A stretch of DNA of 52,276 bases from Stylophora pistillata (taxonomy: Eukaryota). Positions 35,941 to 47,979 of this stretch are shown here, piece after piece. The notes under the pieces were generated by a model, which had not been told where the DNA came from, made no database searches, and saw nothing but the letters and a program-made list of their open reading frames with translations. A program made the position numbers and the translations under genes. Position 1 is the first letter of the stretch. Each line of letters begins with the position of its first letter. The stretch is taken from contig NW_019217897.1 in assembly GCF_002571385.2 (NCBI RefSeq), positions 291,987 to 344,262 on the forward strand. Reading direction: 5' to 3'.

Positions 35941-38900
35941 TTACTGGGCATCCTCTAGCTTAGCTTTACGCTCTTCTTCCTTCCTTTCTGCTTTTCTTTT
36001 TTCCCTAAAAACTTTTAAGTGCCTACGTTTGAATAAGTCACGCTTCCTTCTTTTTCTGTACTTGTGCTTTTTCATCTTCTTACGACGTATCTTGAGAATG
36101 CCCTTAAATCTCTTGCATTGTAAAGTTTTGGTATCTTGTGTGTCATCACCAACTGTAAGTTCATGTGTGTCATGATCCCCGATGATTGTTCTGATGATCC
36201 TTGAACAATGTGGAAAAATCAACTCTTGGATTGTTTCCTTAGGAATCTCAGGCAATATTACATCATATCCAGGGTTTCCACCAGGGAAAACTCTGCCATC
36301 ATTGGTTGTGTTAAGAATCAATAAATTTGGTCTCTGAAGCAATAACGGAACAGTAGAAAATAAAGGGAAACTTTTGGTGGAATGTGCCGCTTTGTTCAAT
36401 TGTGCTGCTGTTCCAGTTCCCAAATCTGCAAATGTAAAGCAAAACAAGAAATGACAATTATGTTACAAAACGAACATAATATTGTTTAATGTCGCCAAAG
36501 CTCTTGGAATGTTAGATTTGTGACAATTTCGAAGAAAGCCCACAATTTGGTGACCAGGTTTCAACTTAAGTTTAAGTCCTTGAAACTGAGACAATTATAG
36601 CAATAAATTGTTGTGTAAAGCTGGTGCCAAGTACTAGATAATTAGAGTCATTAAATGTAATTGTTATTCACTGGATGAGCTGAATGCTTTATGAACTTTT
36701 TAACTATTACTATACATTAGCCTTACTACAAAAAATCTGATTGGTCAACTGCATTCAATCAATATACAAGTGTGTGAAGTTGACATGAAATTCCCAGTAT
36801 CTGCAGTGGGTATTGCAGTTATCATGTTGAGTTTTAAGTCTGCCTAGTTTCCCAGCCATTCATCCAAGCAGTGTTCTCAAACTTTTCAAACTCAATGAAA
36901 AGAATCTTCTTTTGCAGATCGTTTACCAGATGTATAATAAAACAATTACTGTAATCAGTTTTTGTGTGATATCATAAATCATCAAACATCAAGTCTGAGT
37001 TATCTGCCTCAGCTTTCTGCTTTGCCAAATGACTCAGACTTCTGTTTTGATAATTCGTGAAATCATGGTCGACCTCATCCAATAATTGCTTAATATCACT
37101 GCCAATTGAGACCATACCAAATTGAATGGCAAAAACAGAAAAAAAAGCTCCAAACTCATGGTGATGCAAAAATCTAAAGTACACTATTCAATAAACATGA
37201 AAGGCATGAAAAGACAAAGGCAGAATCTGAACCAATCAAACAGCCAATCAAGATTCATCTGCTGATACGGAATGGCCATGGCTAACATAATTGAAAATGT
37301 GGCAATGAACTCAACTCAAATGTTGTTTTCACTCCACTCCAAACCTCTCTGTTAGCTCAGCTAAAAAAAATTCTTGTCTTAAATCTATTTTGTTTTACAC
37401 TATTTTTTGAATATTAAGAGTTTTGGTGAGACAGGAAAAGATAGGAAGGATCAGCAACGCCTTGAATTGGAAACATTAGTTATCATTTACATGCCGATGA
37501 CAAGTGTATGCAGAAAGCTACATATTAAGAGTAAGTCTACCTTCAAATCGGTTATGTAAGTTTACGGAGTAACTGCAGAATACCATGCCACTCATTTACA
37601 TTTTTACATTGTGCATCTCACAACAAGATCTCTTTTGAAAAACAATGAACAACTTTGAACTTTTATTTATTTCACACTGTTAATGGAAGTTAATATTTAT
37701 ATGAAAAATAGGAGAGAGAGAAGAATAAAAGTAATATTTGGTCATAAAGATAAGTTTGAGAGGTGCACGGTGTCCAAAGTAGCAAAAGCTTTCTAGTTGG
37801 ACATCATAATGGTCATATAAATAGATAGCAGCCTAAATAAAAGTAAATCAGCGGTAAAGTAAGTAAAATGATTAGGTTTAGTTGAACAAGGTTGAAGTTT
37901 CCATTTTTCCTTAAGAGTAGATCAGTAGCAAAGTAAAATGATCAGGTTTGGTTGAGCAAAAGTTGATGTTTCCATTCTTTTTTAAAGCTATTGTAAGGCA
38001 TATATTTAAGATAAGTGGGTACGATTTCCCATATCTTTGAAGCAGAGAATAATTATAAAAGATGATTTTTGGTGGATACTCTTAGTCTAAAAAAATTATT
38101 ATTAGAAGCAAATCTTGTATTATAATTATGTTTTTCAGATGCTGGGGTCAGGATATCAAGGAAGATATCTGGAATGCTATCACTTTTAATATTAATCTTA
38201 TATGTAAGGCAGCATATTCTGAATTTATAAATAGCATCCAACTTTAGAATTCCTAATAGTTTTTAATAGGGATTGGCACTTTCTCTAACATTTGCAAAGA
38301 AGATGCTGCCAGGACATTTCTTCTGCTTAATACAGAGGCATTTTAAGTTAGTATTGGTGGCACAGCCCCAGGTAGTTATACCATAGCTTAAATAGGGATA
38401 GATCAAAGCATAGTATAATTTTTTTAACATATTAAATTTGACATGTCTCAATATTGTAAGAATTCCAGTGTTTCTTGCTATTTCACTGTTTATATGTTAT
38501 ATTTGCGGTTGCCAATTTAGGTGCTTATCGATATAGACTCCCAGGTATTTTATATAATTCTTTGATTCAATGTTTTCAATATTTATCCTGGGGTGGTATC
38601 TAGGAGATGAAATTAACATAACTAGTTTTTGCAAAATTAATAGACAACTTATTTAGTGCACAGTATTTATAGATTTAAGCTCATGATTCATAACAGATTC
38701 TAGATTATGTGGGTTGTCACAAGTAAAAAACAAGTTGGTATCATCAGCAAAGCTCTGCACTGAAAGTTTATCAGTGCAATTGGTAAATCATTAACATAAA
38801 GTAGAAATAAAAGTGGACCTAGAGTTGAGCCTTGAAGTATACCACATGTTATAATTTCATTGGCATATCTAGTGGAATCTACTTTGACATATTGGTTACG

Positions 38901-40732
38901 GTTTTGAAAAGAACTCTCAAACCATTTATGCGAGACTCCTCAAACGCCATATAAAGAGAGCTTAGACAGTAGAATGCTGTGATTTACTGTGTCAAAGGCC
39001 TTTGACAAATCAAGAAATAGACCACATGTGATTTGTTTTCTATCAATTACTAGCTTTAAATTGTCTGTAATTTCAAGAATAGCCTGCTCAGTTGAGTATC
39101 CTTTCCTGAATCCAAAATGATATTTGTATAAGATTTGGTGTTTTTCTATGAAGGAATATAGTGGATTGTAGACTAGTCATTCAAGTATTTACTGAAAGGT
39201 GAGAGAGTTGCTATAGGGCGATAATTGCTAGGGTTTGTAGCATCTCCATTTTTATATACTGGAGACACCTGAGAGACTTTTATATATCAGGAACAATGCC
39301 AGTTTCTATAGACTGGTTGTAAATATATGTTAGAGGTATTGACAATGGTTGAGCAGCTATTTTGATTAATTTGTTAGGGATATCTAGGGATGACTTGTGG
39401 TCATTTAAGCATTTAACTATTGAGCAGACTTGGGTTTCAGTAACACAAGATAGAACAAAGCTGTCTACCGGGGTTGATTTAATGTACTGGGTAGGATTTC
39501 CTTCACGACATACCCCTCTGTAATCCAGAAAAGGAAGCGATCGCTGTACGTTTATGAGCTAACCCCCCGAAAAAATACCGGAGGGCGTCTGCATCTGAAG
39601 GGTTTATAGTTTATAGTAGTTTATAGTGGTTTATTCACAATTAATCACACACAGAAAGCAAACAAAAACTAACAAACAATACATTAACAACAAAAATACA
39701 TGAAAAATTGTGAAAGGAGATAGAAGAGGTTATCCCTTTCTAGTCCACCTCCTTAACATATATAGCAATATTAAAAAATCCTAATTACTTGTCTATAAAT
39801 TCAAAAACTATGTATATACAATTGGGTATACTTATATAATAAAAGTTTAAAATGGTAATTAGTATAAATCGTGTTTCAAGTAAATTCATTAACTATCTTA
39901 TTTCTAAAAGTTCTTAAGTCTTTTGCTTCAGCGGTCTCTATTCTTAAATTGTTCCATAAATTAACAATGTGAAGAAAGAGTGTTTATAGCAATTTAACTT
40001 GTCAGATTTCGTCTTAAGCTTGAAGCAATTGTTGGATCTCAGCGGTCTGTATTTGTCAGAAAAGCTAAGGAATTCGTATGGATTCAGACAATTCAGTCCA
40101 GTTATTGTCCTGTAGCATTCAGTGAGTGATGATAAAGTTCTCCTTTTTTCTAATGATGGCCATTTAAGTCGTTTCAATCGATCTTCATACGACATATCAT
40201 TTGCAGTTATACCAAGCGCAGATCTGGAAGCTCGTCTTTGGACTTTTTCTAGAGTAGCAATGTCTTTCTTTAGATGTGGCGACCATACTGGGGAACTGTA
40301 TTCAAGGATTGGCCTTACAAGGAAAGACATTGCTACTCTAGGAAAAGCCAAAAGACGAGCTTCCAGATTTGCAATGTCTTTCTTTAGATGTGGCGACCAT
40401 ACTGGGGAACTGTATTCAAGGATTGGCCCTCCTTGTAAGGCCAATCTTTAAATACAGTTCCCCAGTATGGTCGCTACATCTAAAGAAAGACATTGCTACT
40501 CCAGTAAAGATATATTTTCGAAAAACGTTTGTATGTTGAGGTGTTCCCTCGATCCGACAAAGAATATCACATGGTGTACAAACTTCATCACGATGGACGA
40601 TGTGCATCAATGTAAAGGTACAGTACCTTCTATCAAAATGCGAGTAGTCACTTTTGCACTCTGGCTGTGTAGAGTTCGTAAATACCAAGTAACTGCTCGA
40701 CAGATAACCTGCCTTTGAAATAACTGCTTCAT
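35941..40732 (-). CDS. AURKAIP1: AURKAIP1/mS38-like mitochondrial small-subunit ribosomal protein (DUF1713/COX24-type basic domain); exons 40732-40627 and 36425-35941, 196 aa
   Basis: C-terminal LQCKRFKGILKIRRKKMKKHKYRKRRKR matches the mS38 signature. Exon 1, MKQLFQRQVICRAVTWYLRTLHSQSAKVTTRILIE, looks like a mitochondrial presequence. Phase-1 GT-AG join (G|gtactg ... ttgcag|AT) is in frame. Confidence 0.85.
37650..39505 (-). mobile_element. Degenerate L2/Crack-type LINE (RT and 3' end) in the AURKAIP1-like intron
   Basis: Minus-strand RT remnants (NYRPI, DLSKAFDTVNH, STLGPLLFLLYVND, FADDT) and LYYALIYPYLSYGITTWG; many stops. Confidence 0.85.
39602..40500 (-). mobile_element. 5'-truncated CR1/L2-group LINE 3' end with a rearranged 5' junction
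   Basis: RPILEYSSPVWSPHLKKDIATLEKVQRRASR...YEDRLKRLKWPSLEKRR, and a 3' tail of AATAAA plus (ACTATAA)n at 39602-39636. Confidence 0.85.
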
Positions 40733-41319
40733 CTTCGACAAATCTCAAGCCGCACGCGCCGCCATAGTGGATAATAGTAGTACACAGATTCTCACGTCCA
40801 AATCTCAGGCGTGGCAGCTCATTACACTAGCAGGGGAACATTATTTGAACTGTTCCAACAATTTTGTACATAGCGCCGACAGTTCCCGTGAGGTATTACA
40901 GAATAGTTCAGCTAGAGTTAGATTAATTTTCACAGTAAGCGATGCTTCTGTTATCTAAAGCAAACTGTGGATGCTAACAGGGTAACCCACTTACTCCCGT
41001 AAGACCAGCTATCTAGTTTTGTTAAACTAGCTATCTAGCCTTATTCTGCCATGTATCTGTCCTATACCGTCATATCGCCCAATTTCACGTCAGTTTAAAG
41101 ATAAATTCCTGTCTCACCCAACATCCACAACAATCAAATGATTTAGTTGATAAGGAGTACGAGGGGCAACACTCTCACTTAATGAGAAAGGTACATCACA
41201 TCATGAACGCGAACAGGTACAGAAAACAAACGAACTTAAACAAATTTTAAACAGACGTGTATTTATTAAACGTTGTGTAAACCTTATTATCTCAAAATTA
41301 ATAATAATTATCTTTTATC

Positions 41320-42480
41320 ATCACCAGTATGGATTCAGACCACATCACTTTACTACTATGGCCATCTCTCGGCTTAGAACTTGTCAATAATATTTATGAA
41401 GGTTTTGAAAACAACCAGTACACTGTCCGTGGAGTCTTCATTGATCTTAGAAAGCATTTGATACAGTCAATCACGAAATACTTCTGGATAAACTAACTTT
41501 TTATGGCATTAGAGGTATCCCATTAACTTGGCTTACTAGCTATTTGTCCACAGACAGCAGTGCGTTGTGGTCCATGACGATACATCTTCATATAATCCGG
41601 TCGTTTGTGGGGTTCCCCAGGGTTCAGTTCTTGGACCTTTACTTTTTCTTTTATACGTTAATGATCTTTTTCATGTCTCCAACCTCTTGTCTATCATTCT
41701 CTTTGCTGATGGTACAAATATCTTTCTTCGTCATAATGACCTGGCTACCTTAGCAACCATTCTCAATGTAGAGCTCTCTTATGTTTCTTGTTGGTTTTAT
41801 GCTAACAAACTTACTGTTCATCCTGACAAGTCTAAATTCATCATTTTTCACCATCGACGTAAACAAATTAACTCCTCAGATATAAATATGTTTATGAATA
41901 ATTATTTCATCATGCGTGTGCAGGAAGACAAATCATTTCTCGGGATTATCATTCATGAAAATGTATCTTGAAAACCGCATATTTCTGCTGTATGTGATAA
42001 AGTCTCTAAAGAAATAGGAGTCTTGTGCAAGTCAAGGCGATACTTACCTTTTAACACTTTGAAAACTTTATATAATTCTCTTCTTCTACCCTACATAAAT
42101 TATGGCAGTTTAGTATGGGCATCTTCTTATGCTTCTTACCTTAAACTCCTTTATGTACTTCAAAGGAAAGCCGTTCGTATAATTACTTTTTCTCCTCAGC
42201 GCACATCCTCTAAACCCTTTTTTCTAAGCATAATATTCTTTCACTTTACTCTTAGTCTATAAATTCCATGTCGCCTGTTTTGTATTCTCACATTTTAATA
42301 ATCTTTTACCTGCTCCTGTTTCCTCGATGCTTCCTTTTAATTCTGAATATCACAATTATTTGACTCGTTCACGTTTTAATCTGTATAAAACCTGTCATAA
42401 ATATCAATTTGCTATCACTTGGCAAGCTCCTATTATTTGGAATGATATTCCGTTATCGGTGGGCAATAATCTCACAGGAA
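41320..42480 (+). mobile_element. Degenerate LINE RT fragment (L2/Crack-type), runs into a gap
   Basis: QYGFR, FDTVNHEILL, GVPQGSVLGPLLFLLYVNDL, LFADGT, LYNSLLLPYINYG; frameshifted. Confidence 0.88.
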
Positions 42481-42630
42481 GNNNNNNNNNNNNNNNNNNN
42501 NNNNNNNNNNNNNNNNNNNNNNNNNNNNNNNNNNNNNNNNNNNNNNNNNNNNNNNNNNNNNNNNNNNNNNNNNNNNNNNNNNNNNNNNNNNNNNNNNNNN
42601 NNNNNNNNNNNNNNNNNNNNNNNNNNNNNN

Positions 42631-42730
42631 CAATTTCTCCTCACTTATTTTAAGACCATAAGTATTGGTCCGGCCGGGGCTCGAACCCTCGACCTCCCGC
42701 ACAACCCAATCCGGCGCTCTAACCAACCAA
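42631..42730 (-). mobile_element. tRNA-derived SINE 5' part next to a gap
   Basis: Minus strand reads ttggttagagcgccgg...gaggtcgagggttcgagccccggccggacc (A/B boxes). Confidence 0.65.
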
Positions 42731-42739
42731 TTCAACCAA

Positions 42740-42747
<8 letters not shown>

Positions 42748-42772
<25 letters not shown>

Positions 42773-42781
42773 AACGTCAGC
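42748..42781 (+). ncRNA. Minimal type I hammerhead ribozyme motif within a Penelope-like end (42745-42885)
   Basis: gct-CTGACGA-a-GGGC-taac-GCTC-GAAA-c-GTC-agc: both core boxes intact, stem I gct/agc, stem II GGGC/GCTC, vestigial stem III. Confidence 0.7.
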
Positions 42782-42849
42782 TTTTTTATTCGTTACGGTG
42801 GCCAATTTGCAATTTCAACTTAGTTGATATAACCAAATATCTTGTTACG

Positions 42850-42884
<35 letters not shown>

Positions 42885-42965
42885 TTCAGACTTGTATATT
42901 TCTCTTCCAATTGTTGCTGTCACGGTAGTTAGCCGCACGCCTCTATCGCCAGGAAAGACAGGTTT

Positions 42966-43310
42966 GGCCCAATTCAGACGTCGTGTTTAAATGCAATTAA
43001 GTTCGACTTAAGCACTGCAGAAACACGACTCTGATTCAGGTATCAGGCTTTATTGAAGAGAAGTAACAATTCATTCTAGTAACTTCCCATGAGAACGTAA
43101 TCCCGTCAAAATACAGCAGTAGCATTTTTTAATTTTGTTTGGCTCAGCGAAGACACGACGTTTGAATCGCTGTCGCGCCAGAGTCGTGTTGCCCGATAGA
43201 GCTTGTCGAACTAGATTAAAAAGTTTAATTCCGACGCCGTGCTTTTGTCCAACTTAATTTCTGGACTGAGTTCGACACAGCAGGAACACGACAATCCAGT
43301 GAACTGGGCC
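42966..43310. mobile_element. MITE with GGCCCA(A/G)TTCA termini
   Basis: ggcccaattca ... tgaactgggcc followed by taa; internal subterminal repeats (gtcgtgtt / aacacgac). Confidence 0.6.
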
Positions 43311-44500
43311 TAAGATTGGTCCTTGCGGGGCCCGTTATCAGTAAGAGAGAGTTCACTGCAGTTTGATCGTTAAGTCCGATTGCAGGTTTTTACTGGACTC
43401 CAGTAAAATAGGACCTAACCTCGTCGCTGTAGTCTTAAACTTATCTTAACAAGTAACAGCTGACATCTGATTACGACTCACTGTCTCAGGTAGCATGAGA
43501 CTCTTAACTGTTTACCATTCTGTCATTTGATCGAGGCGACACGTTCGAATTTGGTCAGCGCTCTCACCCTTAAAGAGACAACTAGGTCTACCAAAAGGTG
43601 TCACGATGATAACAACAACAGTGAGCGCGGCTTATCCTGGTTAGTTCAAGTGGATAAGTTAAATTTGAGGATAGGTTGTTTTTTCTCTTTGTTCAGAAGA
43701 CGGCTTCCTCTTCAGCCTTATATCATGAACATAACCTCGAGTACAGATAAAAGTGTAACAATTACAATCAGACTGTCAAGCTTTCAGTTATTTTTTATTA
43801 CTTTTCAGTTTTTATTGATATTCAAGTCTGGGAATGAGAACACCGTTAAACAAACAGTATGGGCCACCATAATTTAGTAGAACAAAAAACGTACTATGTT
43901 GATTATAGAGCAAGTCGGATTCCTTAATTTTCATACTTTCTAAGTATTTATAAGCTGACAAACATAAGTATTTATAAGCTGACAAACATGGACCGAAAAT
44001 GCTATTGTTTGATAAAAACGCAAATTTTATTTGTCAATAACAAAATTATATATGTCATGATTCATTCATTACTTAAAATGAGTAAACAGCAAAAAGGTAT
44101 GAAAAATATACTCGAGTGCTTGTAAATGGTATAATGGGGCTCGAAATGGAGGCGCGACTCATTAGACATTTCTTTGAGTCCCGATATAGAGCACTGCTAC
44201 TATTTACGATTGGTGCTATAGCAATAGGAACCTGTACTTTTCTTCTGGAGGTCGCATATTGCGTTCTGCCTAATGTACACATCTCAAAACAGAGCTTTTT
44301 ATTGAATTCAATGGTCATTTGCGTATATCATAGAGCTCATCAGCATCGTTGAACTACCTCAAAGCTAGCCGTCCCCGACCCAAGAACATGGCTGCAAGTC
44401 ATAATTCTTTACAAGGCAGATAGATAATTCTGACTTGAGAGCACTGGACCATTCCGTATATTAACCATTTTCTGGTGGATTATGCGAATCGTTCTTAATT

Positions 44501-45325
44501 TCACACCCCAATGGCTTTAACGTCCGTTTCTTCAACGCAGCCGCACTCAATTATTTGTCTAAAATGCAATGGAAGAGAAATACCGACAGCAAAACACATG
44601 ACGTAGAGGTAAATAACCCTCTCGACAAACCTTATACATCGGAGCATTTCTTCAGAATTTTGGAAACGGTATATGACAGAGCAGGTTACATCCAAAGCTA
44701 TAATTGTTATTATACCTATGGAAATCAAAATCGTATAACACACAGACATCTTATTTTTTCTTAAAAAGCCTAGGAAAGTATTCGTGTCTGCCAGTTCCTC
44801 CGAGTCGTCCTCAGTAAAGGTGCAAATTCTCCACGACACCACAAAGACAAGGCCCATGATCAGCAAGCAGGCCACAGTTATGGCAAGATGAGATGAACAC
44901 AAATCTGCGGCGGAGAAAATAACCAAGAATAATCCAATACCACCACTGATGACTACAAGAAAAATCAATGCTGCTTTGGGAGATATTGCCTTCGTGAGGC
45001 CGATTATAGTGTGATGCTCGATTGCCAGCATTGCCAAAATGTTGTAAATCATAAGGAATCCAACAGAAGTCATCAGAATGCTGTTTGTTCCGCACCACTC
45101 CTCCTCCTGTTTGTTTTTGAAAGCTATTGTGGCCTCGTTGGCATTCAAACTGAGAAGGATGAGCTGTAAAATACTCTGGCAAATCATCAGTGGCCTGCTT
45201 TTCTGAAGAATCGTGTATTTCGTTTTGTCCTTGAAGCAGCTGGTTAATAGTCGTGCGTTGTGGAAGAGACCAAACAGATGAAACATTATGAGCAACCAGT
45301 AGCACAGCTCCATGATATCCACCAT
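44501..45325 (-). CDS. Intronless 274-aa seven-transmembrane protein, divergent class A GPCR-like
   Basis: Seven hydrophobic segments; TM1 GLFHN, Cys at the top of TM3, NILAMLAIEHH at the DRY position, TM7 ISLPLHF. Two paralogs lie nearby. Confidence 0.8.
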   Translation of the reverse strand: MVDIMELCYWLLIMFHLFGLFHNARLLTSCFKDKTKYTILQKSRPLMICQSILQLILLSLNANEATIAFKNKQEEEWCGTNSILMTSVGFLMIYNILAMLAIEHHTIIGLTKAISPKAALIFLVVISGGIGLFLVIFSAADLCSSHLAITVACLLIMGLVFVVSWRICTFTEDDSEELADTNTFLGFLRKNKMSVCYTILISIGIITIIALDVTCSVIYRFQNSEEMLRCIRFVERVIYLYVMCFAVGISLPLHFRQIIECGCVEETDVKAIGV

Positions 45326-46944
45326 CCCGCTAAGAAAGAGTGAGGTGTCGGGTCTACAGTTCTCAGATTGGTTTTATGCAAAAACAACACTCTCTTTATA
45401 TCCAAATGAAATATAAAGATTTATTATGTAAACCATAAGCAACATTCGTGACACTGAGGCTAAGTTATCAATATTGCTCCCTTGATTTTACCGTGAGTTT
45501 GTCACGGTCAGTTATGTAGTATGCTCCTAATCAGCAAAACTTTGTTTGACTCAGTCTGACATGAATTAAAACAGGTTGTCAAATTTCCAGTCTGTTTATT
45601 CAGCGGAACGAATTAAAGGTTTCGCGTTTTTTTATTAGTTGCGGTAACAGGCCTTCAAGAGGCTAAACAACGAGCAATATTGGACGATGAAGAAAGAGCT
45701 TTGAAAATGCACGGAAGGCTCGCTTAGTCACGAACCATGACCACAGCGGCATCATGCCAAATTCTCTGGCAAGATACATTGGATGAATTTCAATTTCTTA
45801 AAAGTGTTTCCGAGGCTTGGTATCGCATCAGAGTTGAGGCTGAGTTTAGGGAAAGAGGAAAAGTTGAGGTAAAAAACTCAACGAGGAAACTCACTTAATT
45901 ATAATTGTGCAAACCAAACATAACAATATGTTGGCGATCTCTTAAACCTCTATTGTTAATTGTTCTCGTTTCTTAAAGCGCAAGCCCACCGAATCCATAG
46001 ACAGTCTGTCTTGGGAACAAATATAATTTCAAATTTTATCAAGTTTCATCTCTTCGATCTTCAACAAGCCGATGTGGGAGCACGGAATCGGCAAAGTATG
46101 GCATGAATCTACGGTACGGTCCTTCGATACTTTTCATTTCCGACTTTCAGTGTTTTGGAGCTGTCACTGGAAAAAAAAAAAAAACGAGGCATTAAAAAAA
46201 GGTAGAAATACTTTAAGCTTGGGTCTAATCCAGAACCGCCAAAGTGCTCAGCTTAATATAAATCAGTTAAGCACCCACCACTGGAGCCCAGGGGTTTCAG
46301 TTGTCTGAAGGCAAAAAAGGACACATTGTTCATTATGCTCACTATTTGAATTTCAGTTGAGCGCCCTAAGAATTGTGAAGTCTCTTTTTAGTGATTTAAG
46401 CAATGAGTTCTCACGGATTAATACTACGGCTTCTACTTAAGCTCTCTGAAAAATTGAAGATTAGGGGTAGACAGTAATTCCGATAGCGAAAATAAGATAT
46501 AAAGGTATAGTAGGAACTTGTGTGGAAGTCCAAGTTTAAATCATCCAGACATATCAACTTATATTCAAATGCAAACGTTACTCTCAATACCCCAAACAGT
46601 CAAAACTAGGAATTTCTTATAACGGCTGAAAGTCGAATAACCTTGGACGTGGAATTTGTATGATCATACAAACACGTCACATACGACAAGCTCATGATGA
46701 AAACCGTCCTTGACTATCGTGTATATCATAACAACATGGTGGTGAAGATATATAACACAAATCAATCGACCGGGTACCGAACATCTCATCCTTCTGCGAA
46801 GTAATCCGTGAAAAGAATGTAAAGCGGAAGTTACTATGATAAACCTTCCCACTGAAAATGGGTTAGTTTACGAAGGGTCAATAAAGTGCGACAAACCAAC
46901 CACTTTAGTTTCATGCCGGATCGATTTTCTCCCATTCAAAATCA

Positions 46945-47979
46945 TTAGCACTCAGTTATAATTAAAAACTGTAAGCAAAAGGGGAGAAAAATTCCTACTA
47001 CAAGCCAAATCACGTTGGTAGAGAAGAGGTGAACCAATTTTTTTACATCCACCCATTGTTGTACATCGCTCATCTGCACTACTCCCGCTAAATTTGAAAG
47101 AGTAAAAAAAAAACGCAGAAGACAGCTAAACCTGTCAACCAAGACACAGTCCCTTTACCTTCGACTGCAGAATCTTGTGGCGTGACTTGCGTTATATCTG
47201 GAGCACCACGTAAATAAATCTTCCAGGCTGATATCAACAGAATGATACTGCTTAGCCCACAGGTTGCGGCTGAAGCAAGATGAAGGCTGATAGTTTCGAA
47301 AGAAACTGTTTGGGGCTGCGTCGGTGGGAGTAACGAAATAATTTGGATATATCAACAAAGTTGAAACGGTAAATTGGCCACCGTAACGATTACAAAAGCT
47401 GAAGTTTCGAGCGTTAGCGAAAGGGCTAACATTTGCTCCGACGAAGGGCTAACGCTCGAAACGTCAGCTTTTGTAATCGTTACGGTGGCCAATTTACCAT
47501 TTCAACTTTGTTGATATATCCAAATTATGAAGAACGATGAGGCACGTACAAAGACCTGCCGTAAAGAAACATCCTGCCCAGAGTAAACTACCACAAGTTA
47601 TAATTCCAGCAATTAATACTGCTGAAATGGCTTGTATAGGAGAAAATATACGCTTTAAATCAAGAATGGAGAGGTCTTCTATTGCTTGTATTTCCAGCAG
47701 GTTGTAAATCAAGAAGAACGTAATGCAGGCCATAAACAAACCTTTAACGTCGTACCTTTGCTTTTCTTGGTGGTCGCTGAAATCGTTTGTTACCTGACAT
47801 GCATTAAAAGTAAGAAGAATCAGTTATAGAAAACACTGAAATATCATGGCTGGTCTGCACTTCTGAAGTAAAATGTATTTCTTTTTGTTCTTAAAGCAGC
47901 TTCCGCTCAACAACAGTCGCACGTTAAGTAAAGCTCCGATGAGATAAAACGTCCTCGAAAGGATAAATATGGGATCCAT
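46945..47979 (-). pseudogene. Pseudogenised paralog of the 7TM family
   Basis: MDPIFILSRTFYLIGALLNVRLLLSGSCFKNKKKYILLQKCRPAMIFQCFL*LIL... has TAA at 47826-47824 where the paralogs have Q. It also carries an insertion at 47286-47526 and a frameshift in a T-run near 47110. The C-terminus VGIFLPFCLQFLIITEC* aligns with VGISLPLHFRQIIEC. Confidence 0.85.
47286..47526. mobile_element. Penelope-like terminal fragments in inverted orientation, inserted in the 7TM pseudogene
   Basis: Arms ~47338-47418 and ~47448-47528 are reverse complements. Contains ccgacgaagggctaacgctcgaaacgtcagc and is nearly identical to 29221-29370. ATGAAG flanks both sides. Confidence 0.8.

Noticed and set aside
36426-36447. 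ORF-track start MFCFTFA for the AURKAIP1-like gene
   Set aside because: This is the intron polypyrimidine tract and acceptor; the real first exon is 40732-40627.
43941-43988. Perfect 24-bp tandem duplication taagtatttataagctgacaaaca x2
   Set aside because: Simple local slippage duplication with no further structure.
43527-44352. ORFs 43527-43877, 44073-44318 and 44116-44352
   Set aside because: Non-ATG or weak starts, no motifs and no splice support; likely 3' flank of the 7TM gene.
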